From NCBI GenBank assembly GCA_905178155.1, contig CAJINV010000005.1, forward strand, positions 6,125,207 to 6,189,206: a DNA stretch of 64,000 bases. Direction: 5' to 3'. Every line of letters begins with the position of its first letter. Position 1 is the stretch's first letter. The translations under genes and the position numbers were made by a program. This document shows, in pieces, positions 14,101 through 25,972 of this stretch. Below the pieces are notes generated by a model that saw only the letters and a list, made by a program, of their open reading frames with translations, was not told the origin of the DNA and did no database searches. The DNA is from Amoebophrya sp. A120. Its lineage: Eukaryota > Protista > Dinoflagellata.

Positions 14101-17100
14101 AAAGTATCGCATACGCATTCGTATAAATGCATGACAAAAACAAAATCCCTCAGCATGAGAAATAAAATTTGTCTTTCGGATTTGCCTTGAGAAAAAAATT
14201 TGTAATGCATAATACGCGTACGATACTTTTGCACAGGATATCCGCCGAGTCCTTATTCATCCACCCGCGGCCCCACTTGTTGCTACAGCCGTCCGGGTTA
14301 CTACCCCCCTGGTCGTGAGTGTATTTGCATTTGTTGTTTGCGTGGCAGCAGGCATCTCGATCGCCGCTGTTGCTCAAGTTGCAGTTTCCTGGTGCCTGCG
14401 TGGCGCAGTTCTTGCTTGACGGGGTACTTTTCTTCCGGTACCCCCGCGGGCAGTTGCCGGCCTCGGAACACTTCTCGTAGCACCCACTAAGCACCAGGTT
14501 GGCGTTTGCCGAAGGACACCGGTATTTGGCCGTTCCGCGGTACTTGCTGGAACACTGAAAAAGGACACTGTTGGTCCCCGTGGTTCTATCCACGAACAAA
14601 ACTGTGTTAGTGTACTTAATTCTCTTTGGCCGACAGCATCACAAATTTGCTACACATTGTGATGCGTGGCTTGTAAGGTTGGTTCCTAAACCCTGAAACC
14701 TAAACAAAACCCTTACCCTTTCTGGATCGATCTTGAACAGCAGATGAGGGTGGTGGCTGGATCGAAGGTGAGACGGTCGCGACGGTAGCCATCCCGTGCC
14801 GGCGACGGTTGGCCATGCGTGGCTTGTAAGGGAAAACATCACACATGAAAAGAGGACTCCATGTTTGTCTGGCATGACAGGTGTAACACTGTTGCATGTT
14901 TTGCATGACAGATTTACACGACTAACACAGTTTTTTTCTTGCATAGGTTCGTGCCGCGCTTCCCGGAAAGGCGGCCGTGGACTGCCCTGGGTCGACCAGT
15001 TTAGTCCAGAAGGTGTTTTTGTAAAATTATCCTGAAAAAAGACATCCCCGACCCATAGTCAACAAGATGGGAAATCTGCTAGACAAACCAACAAGCTTTG
15101 GGTGTTGCGCATGACAAGTTTGGCCTCGTAGCGTAATACTGTTTTAGGTAGTTCAGAAGCATCACGACAGATCTAGCACGTCATGCTGATTGGAGCATCA
15201 CAAGTTCCGAAATTATACCAATCGAAAATGCTTCTGATGGGGCTCCGCATGAGAAACATTCTCAGCATGCGGCTTTGCATTACAGCTACGGGGTAGGGAC
15301 GTTTTTACTCAAGATAAAGTTCCCGCATTGTTCCCGATGAAATAGGCAAAGCCAGAGGCAGAGAAGGAGCTTATCCTGTGCAAAAGTATCGTACTGGTAG
15401 TATTAATTATAATTTACAATCATGCAATTACAAAATTTTATCCCAAGGTAAAACAGCTTCACAAATTCCATTTCTTGTCATGCTGAGCTAATTTGTAATG
15501 CGATTACCACTAGTACGATGCTTGTGCAATTCATAGAGCTTGGGATCTTGCACTTTTGCAAGCAGCAGGTTCCCCGGTCGCCGTTCCCGCTGCAGGAGGT
15601 CGCGGACGCGCACTGGCTGTTCACTTTTCCAGGGTCCGCAAAGTAGTTGCTGCCGCAGTTCATGAGCGCACAGGTCGCGTGGCAGTTCCGGAGCTGCAGC
15701 GAATAGCCGGCGCCCGCGCATTTGTACTCGGGTCCGCTCCCCAGGGACTTGAACCCCGTGCCGCACTGTAGCCCTCCGCCCTGCCACCCCTGCCGCGCAA
15801 AGCCGTCGTCCCCCGGTCGCGCGGCGTGCGTTTGGTATGAAAGTACACAACTCCCCCTCGTTCTCTTTTCTCATGCAAAATCCCAAATCCAATTGCAATT
15901 GCTGCCTTCTTGTCCTTGTGGCATTGTTTGCATGACAGATTCCGGAAGCCCAAACAGTAAGTACTACACTTCGCTCATGAACTTGTCATGCGCAGTCTGG
16001 ATGTGTGCTGGTGTTTGTATTGCAGTCCATAGCATACATATGACTATGAGGGAAGGTTGTGCACTCTCATATTTGGCCCCGGTGCGTCAAATGGGTCCAG
16101 GAGGACACGCCGGACCCTGATTTCCACGCGTACCCTATCCTGTGTAAAAACGTCCCCACCCCATAGTCAAGATGGGGACTTTGCAACACAAACCTAGAAG
16201 TTTTGGGACTCGTCACGCATCACAAGTGCCAGTCCGTAGTGTAGTGCAGGCTAGCAAGGACACACGCATCACAAATCCATCTGCTTATCCTGGTTACAGC
16301 ATTACAAATGCCAAAACACGAATAGAAACGCCTCGCATGGAGATACGCATCACAAATGTTCCTGTCATTGCAAATCTGCATCACAACTCTGGGGTGGGGA
16401 CGTTTTTACAAATGATATACCCCGTGCTCGAGTTAGGGCCAGTGCACTTCTGGACGCAGCACGTGTCGCGGTCCTCCTCATCGTCGCACTGGTGCGAGGA
16501 GCATGCCGCGGCCCAGTTATGCTGTGCAAAAGTATCGTACTCGTAGTAATCGAAGTCATGCATTACAAATCTCCTTCTTAACCTAAATCCGCATTACAAA
16601 TTCCATTTTTCATGCTGAGGGAATTTGTCATGCGATTTCTACTAGTACGATGCTTTTGCATTTCATACCAGTCTGTCGACGGCCAATCGGACCCGCACAT
16701 CCCGTCGTTGGTGCGCATCAGCGTTTGGCTTCGGCACGCGTCGGTCATTTTCAGATAGTGGCGGTCGCCCGCGGTGCGACGGTCAATGAAGCCGCTCGTC
16801 GGAAAGGCGCCCTTTTTCGTCCAGGTGTAGCCGGAGTTCCCCTGATTATGAACGAGATGCGTGCATTTATGACTCCCGCTTTCCCGTTTCGCGCAATTGT
16901 CGCGGCCCTTGCTGAACGAACCAGCCACCCCGCCATGAGGAATATATCAAATGTAAAAATGTCTGGGTCTGGAAGATTGGAACTTGTGATGCTAACTTTG
17001 GACTCTAGAAAAATCTGTATTGCATGACCAGCAAGAGGAGTCTAGTTTGTGCTACGCCGCGGGGAGGGCGTTTGTCATGCGGAGTAGGGATCAGGAAGCC

Positions 17101-20100
17101 AGCTCAAAATCTGTGATGCGCGGTCGTGCATTACAGACATCCTGGGTCATTGAAAACATGCATGACAAATCTCAGAATCTTCCAGACCCAGACATTTTTA
17201 CATTTGATAGAATATCTGACCCGCTTTTGTCGTAATACATTTTCAAAACGCACTGGTTAAAATTGGCCGTGTTATGGAAGCGTCATGATTGAAATCGTCA
17301 AAGTTGAAATGCTTTGCCATGCAAAAAATGCAGCCCACAAAGTGCCTGTCTTGCGGAGTAGGCAAGTGACGCAGATTGTAAGCCTGTTGAGGGGTAGCAA
17401 CTGAGCTGCTAAAATAGCACGACAGGAGCAGAAGTCTTCTTTGACGAAACAGCATGACAACCTGGATTTCGGCTCTACCCAGATTTGTCATGCGCCACTT
17501 CGAAACTGGGTTACAACTGGCATCCATTTTATGCATGGCAAATCATTTCAACTTTGTCGATTTCAAACCTGACGCTTCCATACGTGTCGCACCGCTCGTA
17601 GCAGCCGCGGAGAACGAGCGACCCGGATATCCTGTGCAAAAGTATCGCACTCGTATGAATGCATTACAAATTTCCCCAGCATGAGAAATGAAATTTGTCA
17701 TGTGGATTTACATGAAGAAGCAAATTTGTAATGCATGAATGCAATTACTACGAGTGCGATACTTTTGCAATGCATATCCGAGCTCGCCGGGCAATTGTAG
17801 GAGGGCGTGTCGGAGCGGTGCGTCAGGTGGCATATCGTACAGAAAAAAGCTGGCACTTGTAAAATGCAAAAAATGAATGGCAGAAAATGGTGTCATGGGC
17901 GAGCCCAGCATAGAGTGCTTTTAGGGTATGCAGTACAGATTTTTCTGTGTTGTGTAGTTTCAGTTTGTTATTTTTGCATTACAACATGTACTATGTAGCC
18001 TGCCTGCTTGTTTCTGTGGGATATGGCAGAGGAGTTGCGAAGAGGTCTGCCACCCGTCCCCGGGCGCTGCCCGGTCACTTTGCCCGCACTGGTAGAACCT
18101 CACGTAGGCCCGGGGCTGCACCACGGTCGTCAGGGCGGTGCCCCCGTAGTTGCTTTGTTTCTCGTAGCGGTAGCCGTACTTTGCGGCGGTACTCGGGTCG
18201 CTACACTCGGCGACCTCGCAGCACAGGTCCCGATCGGCCGTATTGCCAGCAAGGTTGCACCTGGGCCGTCCGTCGCACTGTGATGTGAACGTGGTGGTCC
18301 TTTTTTTGTAGCAGCTGGGGCAGTATCCACACTGCAAATATGTCTTGATGAGTCATCTCGATCTAGAAAAATGAAAACTTGTAATGATGGAGCTTCCTTT
18401 GCAGGGCTAGAAGTTCAGCCACAAGCATATACAAATTTCAGCTGAGTCGCCTTTTCATCATGCGTAGCGGGCATTTATTTTTACAACTGTGTTTCTAATT
18501 TCAAATGACGAAAGAGGTCACGCTGTAATTGTTAATCATGCAACACAGATTTTGCTGATTGTTGTAATCAAAATCATGCAGCAAAGATGATTTAAGCGCA
18601 TGTGTATCAGTTCAACTGGTCCCGCGGTTCAACAATGTGCCTACCAGTTCAATACCGCCCCGGGGCCTAAATATCCTAGAACAAACAGGGCATTTGATAT
18701 GTTCGACGCCAAAAGAATATGCAGGTAGGGGAAGTTGTAGGGGGGGCGTTCCTGACCCAAAGGCACGCTCCTGATCTCTCTGGTACTTACTCGACCCGGG
18801 GGGTCAGGTATCACCTGACCCCCGGTTCGGGTCTGTACCTGCAATGCCGCAGCGCCGTCGTTTTAGATGGTGCTGCGGCACAGCATCGCACACCGTGACT
18901 GATGGGCGCCACAGGTCTCAAGCCCAAATCTACTGTCACTACAGAAAAGAGTAGCCATGTTGACTGCGATCGGCCCTAGCGTTCGACCGCTTTCTGTTTG
19001 AAACCAGCACCGCGCGCACAGCTTCGGTCTTCGTGCGCCCATTGATCGGAAGCAGCGTCCCTAAATCCTACGACCGCCAGCCGTCCCACCGTAAACAATA
19101 GTCGCGCAGCGCCTCGCGCCTCACAAACCAAAATCGCGCGCGCGCGCGCCAAAAGACAAGACCTTGCGGGGCTTGTTGTGCCTCCTCGCGGGCCTTTTTT
19201 TTCGCGCTCTCTTTTTGTTTATATTTTATTCTTTGGCGGCTTTTTTACTACTTTTTTTTTGCCCGCCTCGGGCGCTTCGTTTTTTCTCATGTCGGCACTG
19301 CAGCCGCACACGTCGGCGCAGCACTGCTTGTGCGGAGTGAGTGTTGGCCCGACCTTCTCCCGTGCGCATACTTTTTGCGACATATGGCGCCCGCAAGATA
19401 TGCTCTGTAGCTCATCGGGATTCTTTTCTCACGTTGCCTGCTCTTTTTTCGGGGTTTGGCACGTGCACTACGTATGGTTCTGTTCTTTTTCGTATGCCCT
19501 GAACCTTCACGAACTAGTTCGTGAACTGGGGTACACTCTCGAACCGATTCACATGCAAACCAAGCGTATACAGAACTTCATCCAGCGTCTTTCCAGAATG
19601 TGAATGAACAACTTCCACCAGACATATTTGCATTGGATAGGCAGTTATCAAATGTAAAAATGTCTGGGTCTGGAAGAATCCGAACTTGTGATGCTGCATT
19701 TGGATTCTAAAAAAATCTGTACTGCATGACCAGCAAAGGGAATGCAATTTTGGCTACGCGGAGAGGGCATTTGTCATGCGGAATAGGTATCACGAAGCCC
19801 TCAAAAAGTCTGTGATGCTAGGGCATGCATCACAGACATCGTGGCCCATGCAAAACGTGCATGACAAGCTTCAGAATCTTCCAGACCCAGACATATTTGC
19901 ATTTCATAGCAGTCTGTATAGGGGTCGTCGCACTCTCCGAACTCAGGGTTTTTGCAGTGCGTGAGCTATCCAAAATAAAGACGCTCCCACCTCAGTAGAG
20001 TCGTCATGCAAAAAATCTGCATGCGTAAAATGCTTCCCATGCGGAGCCGCCCCATGAGCAGCATTCATCGTCTTTTTTAGTTGGGTTTTCAAATTTGTGA

Positions 20101-23100
20101 TGCTCGAATCAGCATGCGGGGCTAGACCTGTGAAGATGCCGCTGCACTCGCTCACCAGCATCGGACTTCGACTACCTTGCGTCGAGCCGAAATAACTTTT
20201 CATGCGCAACAGCCAAAGCTTGTTGATTTGTCTAGCAGATGTCCCACCTTGACTCGTCTGGGGTGGGGACGACGTTTCTGCGCAGGAGGATATGAGCTCC
20301 TGATTGTATGAACTGCAAAAGCATGATCGTACTCGTATAAATGCATTACAAATTTCCTCAGCATGAGAGAGAAAATTTGTAATGCGGATTTACCTTGAGA
20401 TAAAGATTTATAATGCATGATTGCAATACGAGTACGATACTTTTGCACAGGATAGATTGGGGTTCGGCACCATTTCCGGGCACGCGTTGTACAGTGTGCA
20501 AGTCATCGAGTAGTAATCATTATGGGAGTGTCAGAATTGAAATCGACAAAGTTGAAATAATTTGTGATGCAGAAAACGGATACCAGTCGGAAGCCCTATT
20601 TCCAAGCGGTGCATGACAAATTTAAGTAGAACCTAAATCCAGTTTGTCATGCTGTTTGGTTAAGGGCGACGTCTTTTGTCATGCTACTTTAGCAGTTCTA
20701 TTTCTACCCCTCAACAGGCTTACAATCTGCCTCCCTTGCATCCTCTGCAATAGAGACAATGTCTGCGTTGCATTTTACGCATTGCAAACTATTTCAACTT
20801 TGACGATTTCAATCCTGACACATCCATAATCATCTCTGGTTGCGTAGAACTTGCAGTACCGATCCTTTTTGCAGTTTTCTTTGCATTCCCACCAAGCCCA
20901 GGACGTATGGCCTGCTTGCAAATCCCAGTAATCGAAGTCGTAGGTGTGCTGTGCTTCGTGGCATATGGTCCCGAACCCCGAACACCCGGAACTGGAATGA
21001 CAGAAGTGATCATAACTGTACTTGGGCAAGCGTGGCGGATTGTAGCCGGACCAAGTCTTTGGCGTGCAGTCTGAGGCGTAGTAATGCCCCTGACCACTAT
21101 ACATAGGTCCTTGCTTGCATCTTTTGTTCTGAATCGTGGCGTCTACCCAACAAGACCGGGCCATGGTTTTCTTCGTTCTCGTTGTGCTTGATGTAGTCCC
21201 GGTGTTCAACAATACTTCGCCTGGTGTCGTGCCGTCGGGCAGGTGGAGCTGTTCCGAGCTTTCTACTTCTGTTTTCTGTTCCTCTCGCCGCCGCTCGAGC
21301 CGGGCTAAAAGTCCCGCGGACACGTTGAGGTGCGAAAAATTCATGGTGGCAAGATTGTCTGCGCTCATTATTTTATCGCAAGAAAAAATGACTGCTCCAT
21401 TGTAAATAACTTGTGACGCGGGGGGGGAGCAGGACCCAACAACACAGAAGCTTTAGCTTTTGGCATCTGCGAGACATGTAAGACAGCGAATTTTCTGGTG
21501 CGGTTTCCCTTAGGAATATTAAACTCGCATGGACAATTTTATTTGTCATGTAGAACAAACTTGCTGATGTGATGCAAAAGTTGCAAAATCCTATACAGTG
21601 AAACACTTTTTTCGTGTGATAGATCTTTTCCCATTTCTCGACTTCCGCCCGGCGAATCGCTCGCCTGTCCTCCGCGGCTTTTTTCGGAACTGTCGGCGCC
21701 ACCTGCTCCTCGGATGGCGGTTTTATTCTACTTGTCGATGATGTAGTTGAGCTTGAAGTTTGTTGTCGTTCCTCCAGCCCTGGTCCTAGTGCTAGGCCCG
21801 TGTTAGTACTCTTTATTTCGCCGGGGCGGCGGCTCGTCTTTTCCTCGTCCTCGTCGTGGTCATCTCTTCCTCGAAGGATTCTTGCTGTGTTGTATCGTAT
21901 TTAAAAACACCCCCACACCAAAATTGTCATGCAAATCTGCATGCTGAGAATGTCCCTCATGCGGAGCCCCATGAGAAGCATTTTCTATTCGCGTTTTTAG
22001 ATTTGTCATGCTTCAATCAGCATGGTATACTGGATCTGTGATGCTGCTGAACTACCTCGAACAGCACTAGACTACGAGTCCAAATCTGTCATGCAAAACA
22101 GCCAAAGCTTGTGGATTTGTCTAGCCGATTTCCCATCTTGACTATGGGGTGGGGACGTTTTTACATAGGATATGTTGGTGCTGTTGTTTACCGGAACTGC
22201 TGGAACATCAAGCTTATTTTCGCCTAGTACTACATTTTGGTCCTCGTCGACGTCCTTGGGAAGTAGTTCTTCAAACGACCTCTTGTAGTCCTCCACAACC
22301 TCGCCCTGCTGCTCAGTTGTTTTTTCCTCCTTCTTCGTCCCCTCAGAAGTGGTCGTTCCCTGGAGGTCCTCGCCGCCTTGATGTTGATGCTGGTGCACAT
22401 CTAAAAAAACATCCTCGGAAATAAAATCCTCCTCCACGACCTCCTGCTGCTCCTCTACTTCTCGTCGCATCACCTGTTGCCTCACTGCGGCGGCGTAGAA
22501 ATGAAAAACGGTCGGGCTCCTGGCGCTATTCCGCGTAGTACTGCTCGTGGTTGATGTTGATGCCCCCGTGGCTCTGCTTCTACTCCTAGATCTAGACCAT
22601 GCATCATAGTAGGAGCTGCTGTTGTCCGCGTCCCACTCCAAACTAGCTCTCCTCCAGGCGTCAGCAGCTGAAGAGGGCGCCGTCGTCCCGCGAGGCGTTC
22701 TTCCCGGCAGGTCGAAGAACGCGTTCCGTGTTAGAGGCGCATAAAAGTCGTCGTGATCGCATGTAGTGGTCCAACGACTCCTGACCCACTGCTCTCCATC
22801 CTGATCAACTTCTGCTCGCAGAAGGGTCTTGAGGACAATCAAGGGAACGATCGAAAATAGGAGGAGCTCCTGCAGGTGGAGGGCCAAAAACCCCAACGAT
22901 GAACAGGCGTAGAGCGACTTCACTTTCACCAGCCACGCCCACGGGTTTATCAAAAGTAAAAATGTCTGGGTCTGGAAACTTGTGATGCTGGGTGGCGTCT
23001 CATGATGAGGCTATAAATGCTGGCTCAGCATGACAAGTTTCTGAGCTCCTAGGTGTTGCCTATTCTGCATGACAAACTGCGCTTCTGCATCACAGAAAAA

Positions 23101-23558
23101 CGGAGCTCTTGGGTAACGTGCATGACAGATTTAAGAATCATGCCAGACAAGCATGACAAACATGAATTCTTCCAGAACCAGACCCAGACATTTTTACATT
23201 TGATAGGGTTAAAAGTTTTACGATTCGCAAGAACTACGGTGGTCTCCCCGCCGCTGCGAGAGGACCAATTTTTGTGGACCGCTATTTTCCTCGTCTTCGC
23301 ACCGGTGCTGGTGGTTTTAATTTCATCGCGACAAGGAGAGCAGCTCAGTTCGCAGCTCCGCTTATTTTCATCGTCTCCATTCTTTCCCAGCAAACCGCTT
23401 TCGCTTTCTGTCCCAAGAAACCGCTTTCTCTTCCTGCGAGATCTCGTGCAGAACAAGAGCGTGCAGCTGGTCGCGCTGCCCACGCAGCATAAATTCTTCC
23501 GCTTTATTTTCCGCCAGCTTCTCCCTCTGCAGGAGGAGCCGAATGCGGAAAAAAACAT
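5122..23558 (-). CDS. Gene 1: giant multi-exon Cys-rich repeat secreted/surface protein (N-terminal hydrophobic anchor, low-complexity linker, PAN/apple-like and PLAT-like segments, C..C..D..CC repeats, long W..AL....LYP repeats); split by 42 introners; 3' end unresolved
   Basis: Hand-splicing (element plus one TSD removed) joins ORF-track fragments in frame: KTFNP|WAWL, VNNSTN|TARI, WEKI|MSAD, TRDD|YYSMTC, PNQEL|THCKNP, YTDC|P|SCYKKR. The last visible exon ends ..QLYPAEP G|GTATAC at 5121. Domain names are resemblance only. Confidence 0.8.
5168..5332. mobile_element. Introner family B
   Basis: TSD tgcca/tccca. Confidence 0.85.
5486..5745. mobile_element. Introner family A (tatcaaatgtaaaaatgtctgggtctggaa TIR)
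   Basis: TSD cggcg/cggcg. Confidence 0.9.
5767..5959. mobile_element. Degenerate introner family J
   Basis: TAT..ATA ends; similar to 45330-45488; TSD not recognisable and exact junction unresolved. Confidence 0.55.
6146..6310. mobile_element. Introner family B
   Basis: TSD agcgc/agcgc. Confidence 0.9.
6392..6602. mobile_element. Introner family C (tatcgcaagaaaaaactg.ttcactgtaaa TIR)
   Basis: TSD acgca/acgca. Confidence 0.9.
6807..7040. mobile_element. Introner family E (tatgagagtgcac.actccccctccccctcatttgt TIR)
   Basis: TSD tcggg/tcggg. Confidence 0.9.
7117..7377. mobile_element. Introner family F (variant)
   Basis: TSD ctgac/ctgac. Confidence 0.85.
7508..7774. mobile_element. Introner family A (left end TCT)
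   Basis: TSD ctctt/ctctt. Confidence 0.85.
7898..8207. mobile_element. Introner family D
   Basis: TSD gtgtg/gtgtg. Confidence 0.9.
8540..8784. mobile_element. Introner family F
   Basis: TSD tcatt/tcatt. Confidence 0.9.
8824..9035. mobile_element. Introner family I (right end ACA)
   Basis: TSD ccgcc/ccgcc. Confidence 0.85.
9105..9254. mobile_element. Introner family B
   Basis: TSD gctgc/gctgc. Confidence 0.9.
9820..10081. mobile_element. Introner family A
   Basis: TSD ttgat/ttgat. Confidence 0.9.
10130..10398. mobile_element. Introner family A
   Basis: TSD gaggt/gaggt. Confidence 0.9.
10464..10631. mobile_element. Introner family B
   Basis: TSD cggtt/cgctt. Confidence 0.85.
10664..10915. 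mobile_element. Introner family A (young subfamily)
   Basis: TSD gttgg/gttgg. Confidence 0.92.
11442..11705. mobile_element. Introner family A
   Basis: TSD acgtt/acgtt. Confidence 0.9.
11779..12043. mobile_element. Introner family G (tatcct.tgtaaaaacgtccccacccc TIR)
   Basis: TSD gcaaa/gcaaa. Confidence 0.9.
12231..12483. mobile_element. Introner family A
   Basis: TSD gggga/gggga. Confidence 0.9.
12611..12748. mobile_element. Introner family B (left end AAT)
   Basis: TSD tgtac/tgtac. Confidence 0.85.
12804..13061. mobile_element. Introner family A (young subfamily)
   Basis: TSD gcgcc/gcgcc. Confidence 0.92.
13109..13394. mobile_element. Introner family A
   Basis: TSD ttcac/ttcac. Confidence 0.9.
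13569..13806. mobile_element. Introner family F (left end TGT)
   Basis: TSD agtaa/agtaa. Confidence 0.85.
14090..14240. mobile_element. Introner family B
   Basis: TSD ttcgc/tccgc. Confidence 0.85.
14587..14945. mobile_element. Introner family I with nested insertion
   Basis: TSD ggttc/ggttc. Confidence 0.85.
14679..14814. mobile_element. 136-bp insertion with a telomere-like end, nested in an introner
   Basis: 17-bp TSD atgcgtggcttgtaagg; one end reads cctaaaccctgaaacctaaac. Confidence 0.65.
15028..15316. mobile_element. Introner family G
   Basis: TSD aaaat/aagtt (degenerate). Confidence 0.8.
15372..15535. mobile_element. Introner family B
   Basis: TSD gagct/gagct. Confidence 0.9.
15836..16071. 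mobile_element. Introner family E
   Basis: TSD tttgg/tttgg. Confidence 0.9.
16136..16417. mobile_element. Introner family G
   Basis: TSD taccc/taccc. Confidence 0.9.
16518..16667. mobile_element. Introner family B
   Basis: TSD ccagt/ccagt. Confidence 0.9.
16945..17209. mobile_element. Introner family A
   Basis: TSD gaata/gaata. Confidence 0.9.
17273..17582. mobile_element. Introner family D
   Basis: TSD cgtgt/cgtgt. Confidence 0.9.
17628..17776. mobile_element. Introner family B
   Basis: TSD ccgga/tccga. Confidence 0.8.
17833..18023. mobile_element. Introner family K (..gtttctgtgggata end)
   Basis: TSD tggca/tggca. Confidence 0.85.
18324..19639. mobile_element. Old family-A introner enlarged by a nested TIR element
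   Basis: tatccacactgcaaatatgtc .. gacatatttgcattggata; TSD ggcag/ggcag. Confidence 0.8.
18598..19556. mobile_element. Older TIR element nested in an introner
   Basis: Imperfect TIR gcatgtgtatcagttc / gaaccgattcacatgc; degenerate 9-bp flanks gatttaagc/aaaccaagc. Confidence 0.5.
19646..19908. mobile_element. Introner family A
   Basis: TSD gcagt/gcagt, overlapping the neighbour's TSD. Confidence 0.9.
19967..20292. mobile_element. Introner family G
   Basis: TSD tgagc/tgagc. Confidence 0.85.
20307..20454. mobile_element. Introner family B
   Basis: TSD gattg/gattg. Confidence 0.9.
20521..20828. mobile_element. Introner family D
   Basis: TSD atcat/atcat. Confidence 0.9.
21374..21621. mobile_element. 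Introner family C
   Basis: TSD tattt/gatct (both differences synonymous on the - strand). Confidence 0.8.
21893..22172. mobile_element. Introner family G
   Basis: TSD tgttg/tgttg. Confidence 0.9.
22948..23205. mobile_element. Introner family A (young subfamily)
   Basis: TSD gggtt/gggtt. Confidence 0.92.
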
Positions 23559-25972
23559 GCTTGTCGCGGCACAATGGGGGGGCAGGAGACGAGGTGGAGG
23601 TCGTGCACGATGCTAGGAGACTAAACTGAAGTTAAAAAAGGCTAAAGCCAGTGGTCGTAAAAGTAGTTTTAGTTTTTGGTTGAAAGACGTGCACCGGAGG
23701 AGTGGTAGTTAAGTACTCCTCTAGGTCGCGGTGGATAGTCAACCCAAATCCCTCTTGGACGATGAAGAGGTGAAAATGTAAAAGCCATGCATTTTTTGTT
23801 TTTGAAAGTTACCGTACTAAATAGAAATAATTTTTGCAGACAAAGAAAAAACTCAAGTATTCAGTACGTGAAAAACGGGAAGCAATAGGTAGAAATGGGC
23901 AGCACACATATAAATGACGCCGGAAATTCGCCAGCGACCTTCGGAGTAGAGAGTTGCACTTTCTTGATTGATGTAAACGTAACTCTAGTGAAAGATATGA
24001 AAGAAAAAAAACAAGTTGAAGTTGAATACCGTATATGAAATTGTGCGCGTCTACTAGGTCTGTAATTGTAAAAATGATTCAGCGAGAACTTTGCCGCTCG
24101 TGTCGAGTTATATTACTTTCTATTTTGCTATTAAGGTGGCACTTTGTCCACGGCTGCTCACCTGCCTGTTACATACTAAATAACTAAACTTTGCTGTATA
24201 AAAATGATAGTACTTTGTTTGGTTTTTCAGAAGATTTGTTCATCTTATTTCTAGAGCTATTCTTGATGATACAGATACGATTAAGGAAAGCGAAAGCGAC
24301 GAAAGCGGCCGCACAAGCCTCCTTAGACTTGTAGTTGAAGTTGTTCCGTTTCTGGTTGATGTGGGACGAGTACCACTACCACAGCGTCCGTCCTCGAAGA
24401 TGACAGTCGTTGTAGCAGCTTCTCTCCTATTTCATTTTCATCTTCGCCGGAGTTGTATGTACGATAATCACGCCACTAGGCAAGTAGAGTTCGTTGCAGG
24501 GCGAGATGAACAGGTGCTGTTCACAATAACAACGAATGACGAGATGAAGGGCGAAGATACAACTTATCATACTGCTGTCGGAGGAAGTGCTGCCGCCACC
24601 ATTCTGCTTTTTGCACAATAAGAATGATTTTTTTTTTAATCAACGATAAGAATAAGTATAAGATCGATGCCGCTGCAAAAAATAACCTAGCAAGAATGCA
24701 CTTTATTGAGCTTTTGAGTTGTTCATCCGCGAGGCAGAAAAATTCGATCGATTTTTCCATGAGAGTGAGCTGAACCAATGGAAAATAGCGGCAGGAATTT
24801 CCGGACAGCCCAGCACAACTTCATTGACGTTGTTCATCATGATGTCCTGCTGCGCTTTTTGTTCTAGATCTTCAACAATCTGGAGGCTCCCCAATGAAAA
24901 TGTTGGAAATAACAAGTGCCTGACGCGACAACAATGAATCAGTATCAGACCGGCACCGGCTACGAAAACAGAAAGACGCAATAAATAACATGAAAAATCT
25001 TCCTGCGGCGGCGCCACTAGGAAAAAGGACGTCGCAAGAACTGTTCGGCGGCTCACGTTTGGTTCTATATCACCTGAAAAGACTGACGATGACGAACAAT
25101 TTCAGTCGGCTTGCTGTCGTGTCAGATTTCCCCTCAGCGAGGAGGCGCAGCTTCCGGCAACGAATGACCTGCATCTCGTCGTCACAGCCGCCGACGAGAA
25201 AAGCGTCGCTTTCCTCTTGATTTTTTATTCTTTCATTCATTTGTCTTTGCGTTGTTTCGAATTAAAAACGAATTCATAGAAATCCAAAGAGCGCAAAAGC
25301 AGAACATGATTTTCATCAGGTGCATTTTTTCTGACATCTCGAACGACCTCAACACAATTATCAATTTGGAACTCTGCTCGGACTATACATTTACATCGTT
25401 TATAACTACCTTAGCACAAGAAATCAAACTGTGACAAGAACATCGACGACGGACCAAGACGACGTACATAAGACACCAGCAGGTGGTGCTGGAATACAAC
25501 AATAATTCAAACTGAAATTCGTATAAAGTTACATCTTTTTCTTTCGTTCTGCTGCACGGTAAGAAGATGAATAAGAAATGCGTACTATATTGCTCTACTT
25601 GTAAAAAAACCTACTTGCGACCACCACTATTTAATGGATCGCGACCACAACCACATTGAAGTAAATCTCCCTGCTGTCGAAAACAAAATGCTTTTCGTTT
25701 ACATTTTGTTCTTTTTGCTCAAAAACAAACTAGAATTGAAAAAAATCACAACGGGTAGCTCCTCGAACTTCTAGCCAAGAAGGTTGACATGAAGATGCTA
25801 CAGCTGCCATGCGTATAGCTTTTTCAAAGGGCGCCAGCTGTTGTAGTTCAGAATCAGATATGTTGTTGATCTTTTCTTCCTATACGGAAGAGCGATATTT
25901 TTGAATTGCGCCGTACTTACTCATTTGCAGCCTGCCAGGGGTTTGTTCTATGTCAACGTTGGTGCTCTACGT

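Noticed and set aside
24300-25450. Short ORFs in the intergenic region
   Set aside because: No recognisable motifs or consistent frame; a small gene cannot be excluded but is unsupported.
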